A stretch of 64,000 bases of DNA from an uncultured Spirochaetota bacterium (GCA_963783575.1 CAWAOD010000009.1:480001-544000), one strand, 5' to 3'. Positions 9,984 through 20,663 are shown, counted from the stretch's first letter. Notes: a model not told the origin generated them from the sequence alone. Made by a program: numbers and translations.

Positions 9984-12434
9984 TTGTTTAAATCTAATTC
10001 TTCCAAAAGACAAAGGAGAAGGAAAACAATCGGTTTTATCATCAATTTTCTGCATCATCGATATCAAAGTATGATCTGCCCTGGAATCATGGATGGAGCT
10101 ATAAAGCGGGATTATAATTTAATCGCCTTCGTAGGCAAATCACTGAATTCTCCTTCAATATTTGAAACTCAGGAAAATGTGATTTATAAATTAGCGTGTG
10201 AAAACAATATTGATGGACTTTTAATAATGACCGGAGCAATCGGTAATAATATTGAATTAAACGAATTAAAGAACTTCTGCCAGCAATATAATTCCCTTCC
10301 CATTGTTTGTGTTTCTACCCCAATAGAAGGTATTCCCTCCGTTTGGGTTGACAATAAAAGTGGAATGCGAGAGCTTGTAACCCATTTTGTCAAGGATCAT
10401 AATTATAAGAGAATTGCATTTATCCGGGGGCCATCAAATAATCCTGAGGCTGAAATACGTTATAAAGTATTCACAGAAGTGCTTTCTGAAAATAATATTC
10501 CTGTCATTCCGAAATTAATTTTCGAGGGAGATTTTATTTGGTTTTCCGGGAGAGAAGGAATTAAAACCATATTGGATAAAAGAAAAGCCAAGTTTGACGC
10601 CGTACTGGCCGCTAATGATGAAATGCTGGTTGGTGTTTATCGGGAACTGATCAGCCGTGGTATCAGAATTCCTGAAGAAGTTGCTTTAGGCGGATTTGAT
10701 GATATTAACGAAACCAGGATTATAACTCCTCAAATCACCACAGTATCACAGCCGCTTTATGAAGAAGGCATAAAAGCATTAGAAATACTGGCAGATATTA
10801 TTGAAGGTAAATCCGTACCGGAATTGTTCACATTTCCATCCCGGTTAATTATCAGGCAATCCTGCGGCTGCCAACTTTTTAATTACAGTGGTAATTTGGG
10901 AAAGGATCCCGATTTATTGGCAAATAAAAAACAGGATATTATTATAAATAAAGTGCAACGTGATATTATTATAGAGCAACTAATAAAGGATGCTGAACTC
11001 CAATCAAGTACTCCCAAAGATTATAAAGAAAATCAGGATTTGATAAGGATTTATTTCAATTCTTTTATTGAAGATCTGGAAAATCGAAATAATCATAAAT
11101 TCATTGATAGTGTTTCTAAATTGACAAATAATTCTCAGGAAAATAATTTTGACTTTGAATTTTTTAAAATTCTTATTTCCAAAATTTATAAAAATGTTTC
11201 TCCTTTTTTGATAAATTCCCTTGAACTGACATCCAGAGCAAATGAGTTATTTAATGACTCTCTATCCATGCTGTTGGAGTCAATATCACGCTATAATCAA
11301 AATAGATTGGTTCAATCAAGAGATTATAACTGGGCGATGATTAATGTGACAAAAACACTCAGTACAACTTATGATCTAAAAAGTTTACGGGATGTTATTC
11401 TTAAACTTTTACCGACATTAAATATATCTTTTTGTTTCATTGCTCTTTATGAGACTTCTAATGAATCCGTATTACCAACAACTCAGTCAAGCGTATTTTT
11501 AAATTTCCAGAATGGTCATCAAAATTATGATTATCAGAAAAATCTATTATTTGATTCGCGACAGCTTATCCCTGATGAATTATTGGATGTAAAAAAAAGG
11601 TATTGTTTAGCTGTCTTTCCACTTGTAACCGAAAATGACCATTTTGGATTTATAGCCTTTAATTATGATCACAAAAGGGATCCTATTATATATGAGACTC
11701 TCCAGGGACATATTAGTGCTTCTCTGAAAAGTGCGATTTTACTGGAAACCGTTAAGAAGCAATCCGAAGACCTTTATATTCAGAAAGATGAGCAAAGTAA
11801 AAGCCTGAAAAATTTACGCGCAATTATGGGAGGATTTATTAATGCCATGTCCCTTGTGGTAGAGGCTCGTGATCCCTATACAGCCGGTCATCAGGTACGG
11901 GTGGCGAACCTGGCACGTGCAATTGCAACTGAAATGGGATTGCCCAAGGACCAAATAGAAGGTATCCGGGTTTCCGGTGTCCTGCATGATCTTGGAAAGT
12001 TATATATTCCAAGTCAAATACTTAATAAACCGGGCCGTCTGCTGGATGAAGAATTCAGCCTCATAAAGATACACCCTCAAATCGGCTATAATATTTTAAA
12101 ATCGGTTGATTTCCCCTGGCCTATTGATAAAATTGTTTTACAACATCATGAGCGTATTGACGGGTCCGGATATCCGGCTGGCTTAAAAGGAAAACAGATA
12201 TTAATTGAAGCGCAGATTATCTGTGTAGCTGACGTAGTTGAAGCAATGGCATCACATCGTCCTTATCGTCCCGCTCCTGGCATTGATAAGGCCCTGGAAG
12301 AAATATCCAGAAACAGAGGAAAGTTATATGATGAGGTCATTGTCGACTGCTGTATCAAATTATTCAAAGAAAAAGGATTCAATTTTGATGTTCCTGTAGG
12401 TTCCTTCCAGTATCCTCAAACCGCAGAAAGCTGA
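9984..12434 (+). CDS. LacI-type ligand-binding domain fused to an HD-GYP phosphodiesterase
   Basis: IAFIRGP, AANDEM, GFDDI and TTVSQP sensor motifs; ARDPYTAGHQ, LHDLGK, HHERIDGSGYP, HRPYRP. Confidence 0.9.
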   Translation: MFKSNSSKRQRRRKTIGFIINFLHHRYQSMICPGIMDGAIKRDYNLIAFVGKSLNSPSIFETQENVIYKLACENNIDGLLIMTGAIGNNIELNELKNFCQQYNSLPIVCVSTPIEGIPSVWVDNKSGMRELVTHFVKDHNYKRIAFIRGPSNNPEAEIRYKVFTEVLSENNIPVIPKLIFEGDFIWFSGREGIKTILDKRKAKFDAVLAANDEMLVGVYRELISRGIRIPEEVALGGFDDINETRIITPQITTVSQPLYEEGIKALEILADIIEGKSVPELFTFPSRLIIRQSCGCQLFNYSGNLGKDPDLLANKKQDIIINKVQRDIIIEQLIKDAELQSSTPKDYKENQDLIRIYFNSFIEDLENRNNHKFIDSVSKLTNNSQENNFDFEFFKILISKIYKNVSPFLINSLELTSRANELFNDSLSMLLESISRYNQNRLVQSRDYNWAMINVTKTLSTTYDLKSLRDVILKLLPTLNISFCFIALYETSNESVLPTTQSSVFLNFQNGHQNYDYQKNLLFDSRQLIPDELLDVKKRYCLAVFPLVTENDHFGFIAFNYDHKRDPIIYETLQGHISASLKSAILLETVKKQSEDLYIQKDEQSKSLKNLRAIMGGFINAMSLVVEARDPYTAGHQVRVANLARAIATEMGLPKDQIEGIRVSGVLHDLGKLYIPSQILNKPGRLLDEEFSLIKIHPQIGYNILKSVDFPWPIDKIVLQHHERIDGSGYPAGLKGKQILIEAQIICVADVVEAMASHRPYRPAPGIDKALEEISRNRGKLYDEVIVDCCIKLFKEKGFNFDVPVGSFQYPQTAES

Positions 12435-12439
12435 GTCTG

Positions 12440-12780
12440 GACGTTTCGGATAATAATTCGGTACAAAGATGTTAATGTGAATATTTTCGGGGTAATCCGC
12501 ATGGTTTGCGCTATTGCCCCGCATATGCTAGAAAGGAAATCTGGAATGATAATTAATATCGGCTCCATTGGCGGCAGAGTATCAACCCTGATAAACGGGA
12601 GTTACTTGGCAATGTTGGAATAAAAGTTGCGCTGATTGAGCCAGGCAATATGAAACTAATTTCAAGGAAACTGCCTTGTCCGCTTAAGGTCCTTTATATA
12701 AAAATGAATCATTGCCCTATTATCCAATCTACAAGCGTTTTTTACAAATTACGGCAAACAAAAAAAGCTCCGGTCCTGGA
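12440..12780 (+). pseudogene. Remnant of an SDR oxidoreductase
   Basis: Pieces translate to NVNIFGVIRMVCAIAPHMLERKSGMIINIGSIGGRV and GIKVALIEPG; N-terminus and YxxxK segment absent; boundaries approximate. Confidence 0.75.
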
Positions 12781-12923
12781 AAAATGATCCCATAGCAAGC
12801 TTCGAGGAATTGAACCAATTTAGATTAAAATGTATCCGAAATCATATTCAAATGTATCCGTATGTCTATTGAAATCTGATATTAAAAATCATATACTCTA
12901 TTAATCAAGGTAAGGAGATTGTT

Positions 12924-14015
12924 ATGGATCAAATTCATGAGACCCTGAATTATTTTCAGTCTAGCATACGAAGGATTTTTCTTGAGGAAAAAGGTATAAA
13001 TCAAAAATTAGCGGGAAATATTATTCAAATTTATCAAAAAGCGGAGAAAAGGAAAAAAAAGGCCTTGAAAAAATTCGGAGGCCCGATACCGACATTCTGC
13101 ATGTTTTCCGTAACCTGGAAATGCAATCTCTCCTGTAAAGGGTGCTACGCGCGGAATTATCCTCAGGAAGGGCAGTTGAAATTGAATGAAATTATCAACG
13201 CTATTTCCGAATTGATCTTACTGGGGAATTCTTTTTTTATTATAGTGGGAGGCGAACCGCTTGCCGTGCCCGGATTGATAGAATCTCTGGCAAAGCAGAA
13301 GGATGGGTTCTTTTTTCTATTTACAAACGGATATTTGTTGAATGATGAAAAAATCGGACTTATTAAAAATTCCGGAAATATACTACCTGTTTTGTCAATT
13401 GAAGGCAGTATAAACCAGACAGATGCAAGGAGGGGAAATGGTTCGGGTAAAAAAACCGAGGAAAATATAATTAAATTCAAAAATCTGGGTATGCCCTTTG
13501 CATTTTCCTCAATGATATCAAAAGAAAACTATCGTGAAATTTCTTCCAGGGATTATTTTGACAATCTATGGAAATCAGGCGCTCTTTTCGGATTTATGAT
13601 CGATTATGTTCCCATGCCCGGAAGAAATGATGAAGCGCTGCTTTTATCGGATGATGAAAGCGTTATCCTTGAAAATGAACTGGATAAGCGAAGAAAGGAA
13701 TGCAGACCATTTTTCTTTCATTTTCCTGCTGACGAATATAGAATGGGCGGCTGCCAATCCGCGGGAAAGGGATTTTTTCATATCAATGCCAACGGATTTG
13801 CGGAGCCATGCCCATTCAGCCACTTCGCCTGCGATAATATCCGGGATAAATCCATACCGGAAATCCTTCAGTCAGAGTTTTTCCAGAAAGTAAGAAATGA
13901 TTTTTCCGGATGTATAAGCGGGCATGCGGGCTGTTTATTGGTAGAGAAATATGGCGCACTATCAAAATTAACTGAAAGAACCGGCGCTTTTAACACAGAA
14001 ACATTGAATGTTTAA
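12924..14015 (+). CDS. Radical SAM protein with SPASM/twitch-like C-terminus
   Basis: CNLSCKGC, GGEP, GCQSAGKGFFHINANGFAEPCPF. Confidence 0.88.
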   Translation: MDQIHETLNYFQSSIRRIFLEEKGINQKLAGNIIQIYQKAEKRKKKALKKFGGPIPTFCMFSVTWKCNLSCKGCYARNYPQEGQLKLNEIINAISELILLGNSFFIIVGGEPLAVPGLIESLAKQKDGFFFLFTNGYLLNDEKIGLIKNSGNILPVLSIEGSINQTDARRGNGSGKKTEENIIKFKNLGMPFAFSSMISKENYREISSRDYFDNLWKSGALFGFMIDYVPMPGRNDEALLLSDDESVILENELDKRRKECRPFFFHFPADEYRMGGCQSAGKGFFHINANGFAEPCPFSHFACDNIRDKSIPEILQSEFFQKVRNDFSGCISGHAGCLLVEKYGALSKLTERTGAFNTETLNV

Positions 14016-14198
14016 AACTCAATATTTTGACTGTTTTCAAATTAGTGTGCTATCAATACTTCAAGTCAAATTTTTCTAAAGCAGTAAGAAAGATCTGTTT
14101 AAAATAATTGACTTATATTTAAAATTTCTTTAATTTTTTACAACGGTTATATTAAAATCTTAAAAATACAGTTCAATAATTAATTATAAGGTAAATTT

Positions 14199-14535
14199 AT
14201 GAATAAAATGGGCAGAATAATCCTTATAACAGCGGGATTAATTATATTATTCTTTATAGTTTGGAATATGGTTAAAAAAACCGGTGTGGAGTACTATAAA
14301 GTCAGGCAGATTGATATTGACAGGAAACCTCGACCGTGAAACCGGCGGAGCCGTTCTGGATGTTATGACAAAAATGGTCAGGGAAAGAGGTGCAACGCTC
14401 GCCCGCGAGATAGCACTCAAGGCAGACAGGATCATAGAGCTTGTTGACGGAAAGATCTGCAAGGATTTCAAAATAGCAGATTCGGGCGCTGAAGCGGCGA
14501 GGGAAATCCTGGAAGACAGGGCATGCGTGATTTAA
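14199..14535 (+). pseudogene. Deletion scar: membrane-anchored N-terminus (efflux adaptor-like) joined to the C-terminus of a LolD/MacB-type ABC ATPase
   Basis: 46-aa ORF MNKMGRIILITAGLIILFFIVW... at 14199-14339; second frame TGNLDRETGGAVLD...ADRIIELVDGKI lacks Walker A, the signature motif and the H-loop. Confidence 0.65.
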
Positions 14536-14665
14536 AGAAAATATCAATTCGGGCCGAGCCTGCCGGCATTATTCGTGTTTCTTGGTTTCAGTTTTTGGGC
14601 AATTTTTCTTGGAATTTTCTCAGGGGAATCATTCGGGAAAAATGACGGGAAATAAGGGCATAAAA

Positions 14666-15655
14666 TTATACAATTTTCTCCCATCCGCCGCTTTTTTCGG
14701 AAGCAAATAACGCATCAAGCGCTTTCATATTGTTAACGGCATCTTCCGGAGGAGTCGGAACCGGTTTATTATCCCTGATGGATGCCGCAAAAGCTTCAAA
14801 TTCAAGGCCATACTGGTCTGCTGGCCCGAGCAGAATTTCTCGTGTTTCCACATCTGTTTTTACCGTGATCCTGGCCGGTACATCGGACGGCATATTAAAC
14901 GGGATTTCTACCGTTATCTGGCCGCCGTTTCCGTAAACATAAACTTTCTGGCCTGAAAATATCTGCGTGCTGACCGTAAAGACCGATCTCGCCTCACCGA
15001 AATCAATTATGCCCGAAGTTAGCACATCGGTACCGAAATTTTTATCCCTGTTGACAAGGCTTATTACCCTTTCAGGCTCATGGTCAATAAGGTAGCGCGC
15101 TGTTGAAACGGCATAGCATCCGATGTCTAAAATTGCGCCTCCCCCAATGTCCGTAATATTGCGGATATTTTCCGGATCGGTATTGTTATATCCGAAGAAG
15201 GTATGAACCGAAAGGACTTTTCCGATTTCCCCGGTTTTTATAAGCTCATAAACATGCTTCCATTGGGGATGGAATCTATACATAAAGGCTTCCATAAGCT
15301 TTACGCCCTTCAATTTCGCGTAATTGACACATTCAACAGCATCTTTTGCATTGAGAGTTATTGGTTTTTCACAGATGATATGCTTGCCCGCGTCCGAGGA
15401 TTTTTTTATCCATTCAAGATGCAGGTGGTTAGGCAAAGGAATGTATACAAAATCAATATTTTTGTCTTTTAAAAGCCCTTCATAAGAAGAATAATATATA
15501 GGGACACCGTATTTTTCAGCAAAATTCTGTGCTTTTTCTTTTGAACGGGAAGCTATTGCGTAGACTTCAACCGATTCTGCCTTTTTAAGAGGTGAAATAA
15601 CCCTTTTTTCAAAATGACCGGAAACCCCCATAATCCCTAATTTTAAAGGCTTCAT
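14666..15655 (-). CDS. Gfo/Idh/MocA family oxidoreductase
   Basis: VYIPLPNHLH, CEKP, EAFMYRFHPQ, GGGAILDIGCY. Confidence 0.92.
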   Translation of the reverse strand: MKPLKLGIMGVSGHFEKRVISPLKKAESVEVYAIASRSKEKAQNFAEKYGVPIYYSSYEGLLKDKNIDFVYIPLPNHLHLEWIKKSSDAGKHIICEKPITLNAKDAVECVNYAKLKGVKLMEAFMYRFHPQWKHVYELIKTGEIGKVLSVHTFFGYNNTDPENIRNITDIGGGAILDIGCYAVSTARYLIDHEPERVISLVNRDKNFGTDVLTSGIIDFGEARSVFTVSTQIFSGQKVYVYGNGGQITVEIPFNMPSDVPARITVKTDVETREILLGPADQYGLEFEAFAASIRDNKPVPTPPEDAVNNMKALDALFASEKSGGWEKIV

Positions 15656-15686
15656 TTTAAACCTCCTATCTTGATAAATTAAAATT

Positions 15687-16115
15687 TCAATTTAAAAACC
15701 CTGATAATTGTTCTGCTATTTCATTGATCTCATTTTCACCGGCTAATAAACTGAAAATTTTAATAACCCTGACTTTACTCCCTGATAAAAGCTTTATTAT
15801 TAAACCCGGGCTTGTCTTTTTAATTTCCTTTATCCTCCCTCTACTGATTGAGACAGGCTTGAAGAACAATCCCAGCCTAACAACAACTTCGTTATCGCTG
15901 AATTCCACATAAGGCGGCTTTTTTCTGAACCAAACGAAATAATATAATAAAATGACCGAGGCATAGGCGTAAAATCCGATCATCAAAATTATATTTTTCG
16001 GATATACAAACGTGAATACAAAAAATACAATCGATATTATTGATATAACTCTTTCGATTCTATTCGTTTTAAAAGAATATTCTCTATTATTTTGACTTAA
16101 CTTTTCTGCTGTCAT
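15687..16115 (-). CDS. Hypothetical membrane protein (2 TM plus soluble tail)
   Basis: Two TM segments; RBS GGAGG. Confidence 0.6.
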   Translation of the reverse strand: MTAEKLSQNNREYSFKTNRIERVISIISIVFFVFTFVYPKNIILMIGFYAYASVILLYYFVWFRKKPPYVEFSDNEVVVRLGLFFKPVSISRGRIKEIKKTSPGLIIKLLSGSKVRVIKIFSLLAGENEINEIAEQLSGFLN

Positions 16116-16473
16116 TCCTTTCCTCCGGTAAAAGTTATAATATCCAGCTTTTAATAATTATAGATGTATTGAAAAAATAATGCAACACTTAATTTAAAAA
16201 CTGATTAATCCCTAGTCATGGGAGAAACATATTTTACTAAAGATTATTATAAAATGTCATTATGAAAAGATTATAATAATTGATAAAATGCTTCTATTCA
16301 AAACTATTGGATTACAAGCATGATGAAAATATAGTATAATTATTGACAAAGAGGTTTTACGTTATTAATTTTGTAATATATCCGGCTGTAAATTAAAATA
16401 TCTAAACGCTGAGTAGATAATTCCGATTTTAACCCTATTTGAACCTTAATCGAAATAATTTGTTGTTAAGGAT

Positions 16474-17955
16474 ATGCTTATGAAATATGCTCAATCACTT
16501 TCTCTTCTAACCGATCTTTATGAATTAACAATGGCATACAGTTACTGGAAATCCGGCGCCGGCAACAAAGAATCTGTATTTCATATGACCTTCAGGGAAA
16601 ATCCGTTTCAGGGCGGATTTACAATAATGTGCGGTCTTGAATATTTAATAGATTATTTAAAGAATTTGAAGTTCGACCGGAGTGATCTCGATTATCTCGA
16701 TACCCTGAAGGGATATGATTCAAAAAATTTATTCGATCATGAATTTTTACATTATCTTGAATCAATGAAATTTGAGTGCGATATTGATGCTGTACCGGAA
16801 GGAACGGTCATATTTCCTCATGAGCCTATTTTGAGGGTTCGGGGCTCGGTTATCCAATGTCAGATAGTCGAATCGGCGATCCTTAATATGATAAATTTTC
16901 AATCACTTATCGCTACAAAAGCCGCGAGAATATGTATCGCGGCAAAAGATGACCCGGTTTTAGAGTTCGGCCTTCGCAGGGCCCAGGGTTTTGACGGTGC
17001 GCTTGCCGCAAGCAGAGCGGCTTACATCGGAGGATGTGCAGGTACGTCAAACGTTCTTGCTGGAAAAATGTTCGGTATTCCGGTAAAAGGCACTCATGCA
17101 CATAGCTGGGTTATGACTTTCGACAGCGAGCAGGAAGCGTTTCAGGCATACGCTCTGGCTATGCCAAATAACTGCGTTATGCTTGTCGACACTTACAATT
17201 CTCTTGAAGGCGTAAAGCATGCAATAGAGACCGGTAAGCAGCTAAGGCAAAATGGGAGCAATCTTTATGGAATACGCCTTGATTCGGGAGACCTGGCTTA
17301 TCTGAGCAAACAGGCGCGTAAAATTCTTGATGATGCAGGTTTTGAGAATACAAAAATTTTCGCTAGCAACGATCTTGATGAGGACATCATCGCCAGCCTG
17401 AAGGAACAAGGGGCGGAAATTACTGTCTGGGGTGTTGGTACAAAACTTGTCACTGCTGATAAATATCCGGCTCTCGGGGGCGTTTATAAATTGTCAGCGA
17501 TCAGGAACCCTGGAGCTGATTGGGAGTATAAATTAAAACTTTCCGAGCAGGCCGTTAAAATTTCGACTCCGGGGATACTCCAGGTGAGGCGTTTTAGGGA
17601 AAAGGGTGAAAATATAGCCGATGCCATTTACCAGACTGAAACCGATCTTTCAAAAGGATGTTCTATTATAGATCCTTTCGATATAACAAAACATAAATTG
17701 ATACCTGAAAATACTGAATATACCGATTTATTAATTCCTGTCTTCCGTAATGGACAGAATATTTACCCAGAAAGAAATATCAATGAAATACGCGAAAGCA
17801 CAAAAACAAGCCTGCGGTCTTTTTACAGCGGGATCAAGCGCTTTATCAACCCTCACCGGTACCCGGTAGGTTTGGAAAAATCATTGAATGATCTCAGAAT
17901 GGAATTAATCATAAAGGAAAGGAAAAAAAGTACAAATACAGGAGTAAAAAAATGA
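16474..17955 (+). CDS. pncB: Nicotinate phosphoribosyltransferase
   Basis: LLTDLYELTM, EFGLRRAQG, GTHAHSW, LVDTY, IRLDSGDL, ASNDLDE, GGVYKL. Confidence 0.95.
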   Translation: MLMKYAQSLSLLTDLYELTMAYSYWKSGAGNKESVFHMTFRENPFQGGFTIMCGLEYLIDYLKNLKFDRSDLDYLDTLKGYDSKNLFDHEFLHYLESMKFECDIDAVPEGTVIFPHEPILRVRGSVIQCQIVESAILNMINFQSLIATKAARICIAAKDDPVLEFGLRRAQGFDGALAASRAAYIGGCAGTSNVLAGKMFGIPVKGTHAHSWVMTFDSEQEAFQAYALAMPNNCVMLVDTYNSLEGVKHAIETGKQLRQNGSNLYGIRLDSGDLAYLSKQARKILDDAGFENTKIFASNDLDEDIIASLKEQGAEITVWGVGTKLVTADKYPALGGVYKLSAIRNPGADWEYKLKLSEQAVKISTPGILQVRRFREKGENIADAIYQTETDLSKGCSIIDPFDITKHKLIPENTEYTDLLIPVFRNGQNIYPERNINEIRESTKTSLRSFYSGIKRFINPHRYPVGLEKSLNDLRMELIIKERKKSTNTGVKK

Positions 17956-18563
17956 AAGCATTGATAATAGTCGATGTGCAGAATGATTTCTGTCCCGGAG
18001 GCGCACTGGCTGTGAATGACGGCGATAAAATCGTTCCTGTTGTGAACAGCCTTATGGACAAATTCGATTTGGTCGTAGCGACCCAGGACTGGCATCCGAA
18101 AAAGCACAGCAGTTTTGCCAGTACACATGGTAAAAATATTTATGATGTCATAGACATTGATGGCCTTCTGCAGACTTTATGGCCCGATCATTGTGTTCAG
18201 AAAAGCCCGGGGGCAGAATTGAGGGCCGATCTGGACAAAAATAAAATCACAAAGATATTCCATAAGGGAACCGACAAAAATATCGACAGCTACAGCGGTT
18301 TTTTTGACAATGGCCATAAAAAGGCTACAGGCCTTGGAATTTATCTCCATAGAAAGGATGTAAAAGAGGTTTATATTACCGGTCTTGCAACAGATTACTG
18401 TGTTAAATACACGGCCCTTGATGCTGTAGAATTGGGCTTTAAAACGAATATCATTCTTGAAGCTTGCAGAGGTGTAAATATAAATCCGGGTGATGTCGAT
18501 AAAGCCGTTGATGAAATGAAAAAAGCCGGTGTAAATATTATAAAAGAGGCGAGTGATGCCTGA
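17952..18563 (+). CDS. pncA: Nicotinamidase/pyrazinamidase
   Basis: VDVQNDFCPGGAL, TQDWHP, WPDHC, DSYSGF, GLATDYCV. Confidence 0.95.
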   Translation: MKALIIVDVQNDFCPGGALAVNDGDKIVPVVNSLMDKFDLVVATQDWHPKKHSSFASTHGKNIYDVIDIDGLLQTLWPDHCVQKSPGAELRADLDKNKITKIFHKGTDKNIDSYSGFFDNGHKKATGLGIYLHRKDVKEVYITGLATDYCVKYTALDAVELGFKTNIILEACRGVNINPGDVDKAVDEMKKAGVNIIKEASDA

Positions 18564-19122
18564 GAATGAAAAGATACTGGCTAAGGGAAGCTTTATAAGT
18601 TTTGTTATAAAAAACGGCTGGGAATATGTTGAGAGAAATAACTGCACGGCAACGGTCGCGATTATCGCCGTTACTCCGGAAAATGAACTCCTTCTAACTG
18701 AACAATTCCGAATTCCTTTGAATAAAAGCGTGATTGAACTTCCCGCCGGCCTAGTGAACGATAGGAACAACTCAGCATTAACTGCTATTGATAAGTCAAT
18801 GCCCGTATTTGAAACAATAGAACAGGCCGCAAACCGTGAGTTGATAGAAGAAACAGGTTACTCTGCAGGAGAAACTGAAGTTATCATCGAAGGCCCTACA
18901 TCAAGCGGCCTTACATCCGAATTGCAGACACTGATCCTTGCAAGAAACTTAATAAAAGTTTCGGAAGGAGGCGGAGACGGAACCGAATCAATCATCGTCC
19001 ATAAGGTACCCCTGGAAGGCATCGAATACTGGCTTGATCAAATGAGAGGAAAAGGCTTTCTTGTTGATCCCAAGATTTACGCAGGATTGTATTTTGTTGT
19101 TAAAAGGAAGAAAACCGGTTAA
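18553..19122 (+). CDS. Nudix hydrolase (ADP-ribose pyrophosphatase-like)
   Basis: QFRIP, ELPAGL, AANRELIEETG. Confidence 0.88.
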   Translation: MMPENEKILAKGSFISFVIKNGWEYVERNNCTATVAIIAVTPENELLLTEQFRIPLNKSVIELPAGLVNDRNNSALTAIDKSMPVFETIEQAANRELIEETGYSAGETEVIIEGPTSSGLTSELQTLILARNLIKVSEGGGDGTESIIVHKVPLEGIEYWLDQMRGKGFLVDPKIYAGLYFVVKRKKTG

Positions 19123-19157
19123 AATAATTACAATTATTTTTTATATCGGAGCTGATC

Positions 19158-20528
19158 ATGAGTTTTCCTAAAAATTTTGTATGGGGCGCCGCCACGGCGG
19201 CTTACCAGATCGAGGGAGCAACAGAGGAAGATGGCCGGGGAATGTCTGTCTGGGATATGTTCTGCAGAAAACCGGGGGCTGTCTATGGAGAATATTCCGG
19301 CGATCCTGCCTGCGATCATTATCACCGCTACCGCGAAGATGTTGAAATAATGAAGGAAATCGGCTTGTCTGCTTACAGGTTGTCAGTTTCCTGGCCGAGG
19401 ATATTGCCTTCGGGAACAGGTTCAATAAACAGGAAAGGCCTTGATTTTTACAACAAACTGATCGACGCACTTCTTGAAGCGGGCATTGTTCCATATGTCA
19501 CACTGTTTCACTGGGATTTACCTTATGAACTTTACTGCAGAGGCGGATGGCTCAGTACGGAAAGTCCGGACTGGTTTGCTGAATTCACCAGGATTGTTGT
19601 TGAAAGCCTATCGGACAGGGTCAGGAACTGGTTTACTTTTAATGAGCCAAGCTGTGTAATTAATCTTGGGTATCTTGAAGGGGTGCACGCTCCCGGCGAT
19701 AAGCTCGGTTTCGCGCAGGCGGCAAGGGCGATGCATAATATCCTGCTTTCACATGGAAAGTCGGTCCGGACGATCCGGGAAATTTCAAAATCAAAAAGCC
19801 TTGTCGGATTCGCACCTTCGGTAAAAATTTGTATCCCAGCTACTATAAGCAGTGAGGACATAGACGCTTCAAGAAAAGAAATGTTTTCATCGGGAAGAAA
19901 AAGCCTGTGGGAGAATTCCTTCTGGATGGACCCGATTTTTGAAGGGCATTATCCCGGTGATTACCTGGATGTTTTAGGCAGCGATGCCCCCGAGGTTAAA
20001 CAGGATGATATGAAAACTATCTGCCAGCCGCTGGATTTTTTCGGATTTAACTGTTACAGATGCGACACATACCGAGCCGGAACAAACGGTGAGCCTGAAA
20101 TAGAGCCGTATCATATGGGTTATCCCCATACGGCTTTTAAGGATGGTGATTACTGGCAGGTAACACCGGAAATAATTTACTGGGGAGCAAAATTTTTTTA
20201 TGAGCGCTACCATTTGCCAATATTCATAACAGAAAACGGGATGTCAAACACAGATTTGATATCACTTGACGGGAAAGTGCACGATCCTCAAAGAATAGAC
20301 TTTTTATCGAGGTATCTAATAATGCTCCACCAAGCGGTAGTTGAAGGAGTTGATGTGAGGGGATATTTCCTCTGGTCAATAATGGATAACTTCGAATGGG
20401 CGGAATCCTACCGCCAGCGTTTCGGTATAGTGTACGTGGATTATCCCACACAAAAACGTATACTCAAAGATTCCGCTCACTGGTATAAGGGAGTGATAGC
20501 CTCAAACGGGGCAAATATATTAATCTAA
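19158..20528 (+). CDS. Glycoside hydrolase family 1 beta-glucosidase
   Basis: FVWGAATAAYQIEG, TLFHWDLP, TFNEP, ITENG, WSIMDNFEW. Confidence 0.95.
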   Translation: MSFPKNFVWGAATAAYQIEGATEEDGRGMSVWDMFCRKPGAVYGEYSGDPACDHYHRYREDVEIMKEIGLSAYRLSVSWPRILPSGTGSINRKGLDFYNKLIDALLEAGIVPYVTLFHWDLPYELYCRGGWLSTESPDWFAEFTRIVVESLSDRVRNWFTFNEPSCVINLGYLEGVHAPGDKLGFAQAARAMHNILLSHGKSVRTIREISKSKSLVGFAPSVKICIPATISSEDIDASRKEMFSSGRKSLWENSFWMDPIFEGHYPGDYLDVLGSDAPEVKQDDMKTICQPLDFFGFNCYRCDTYRAGTNGEPEIEPYHMGYPHTAFKDGDYWQVTPEIIYWGAKFFYERYHLPIFITENGMSNTDLISLDGKVHDPQRIDFLSRYLIMLHQAVVEGVDVRGYFLWSIMDNFEWAESYRQRFGIVYVDYPTQKRILKDSAHWYKGVIASNGANILI

Positions 20529-20581
20529 ATTGGGCAATTTTCAAAATTTATTCAATCATCAATGCTAATACTTCGCATTAT

Positions 20582-20663
20582 CAGTTGGTTAATTGGTTAG
20601 TCTTTTAGACAATTAGTATTTTATTTCGATATGACTAGCCGACCAACAGACTTTCGACTGAAA
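20582..20663. repeat. Degenerate 8-bp periodic repeats in two inverted arms between convergent genes
   Basis: CAGTTGGT TAATTGGT TAGTCTTT TAGACAAT TAGTATTT ... GACTAGCC GACCAACA GACTTTC GACTGAAA. Confidence 0.5.

Noticed and set aside
16474..19122. pncB-pncA-Nudix as an anti-phage NAD system or NrtR-regulated unit
   Set aside because: Ordinary salvage operon; the Nudix protein lacks the C-terminal wHTH of NrtR and there is no defence context
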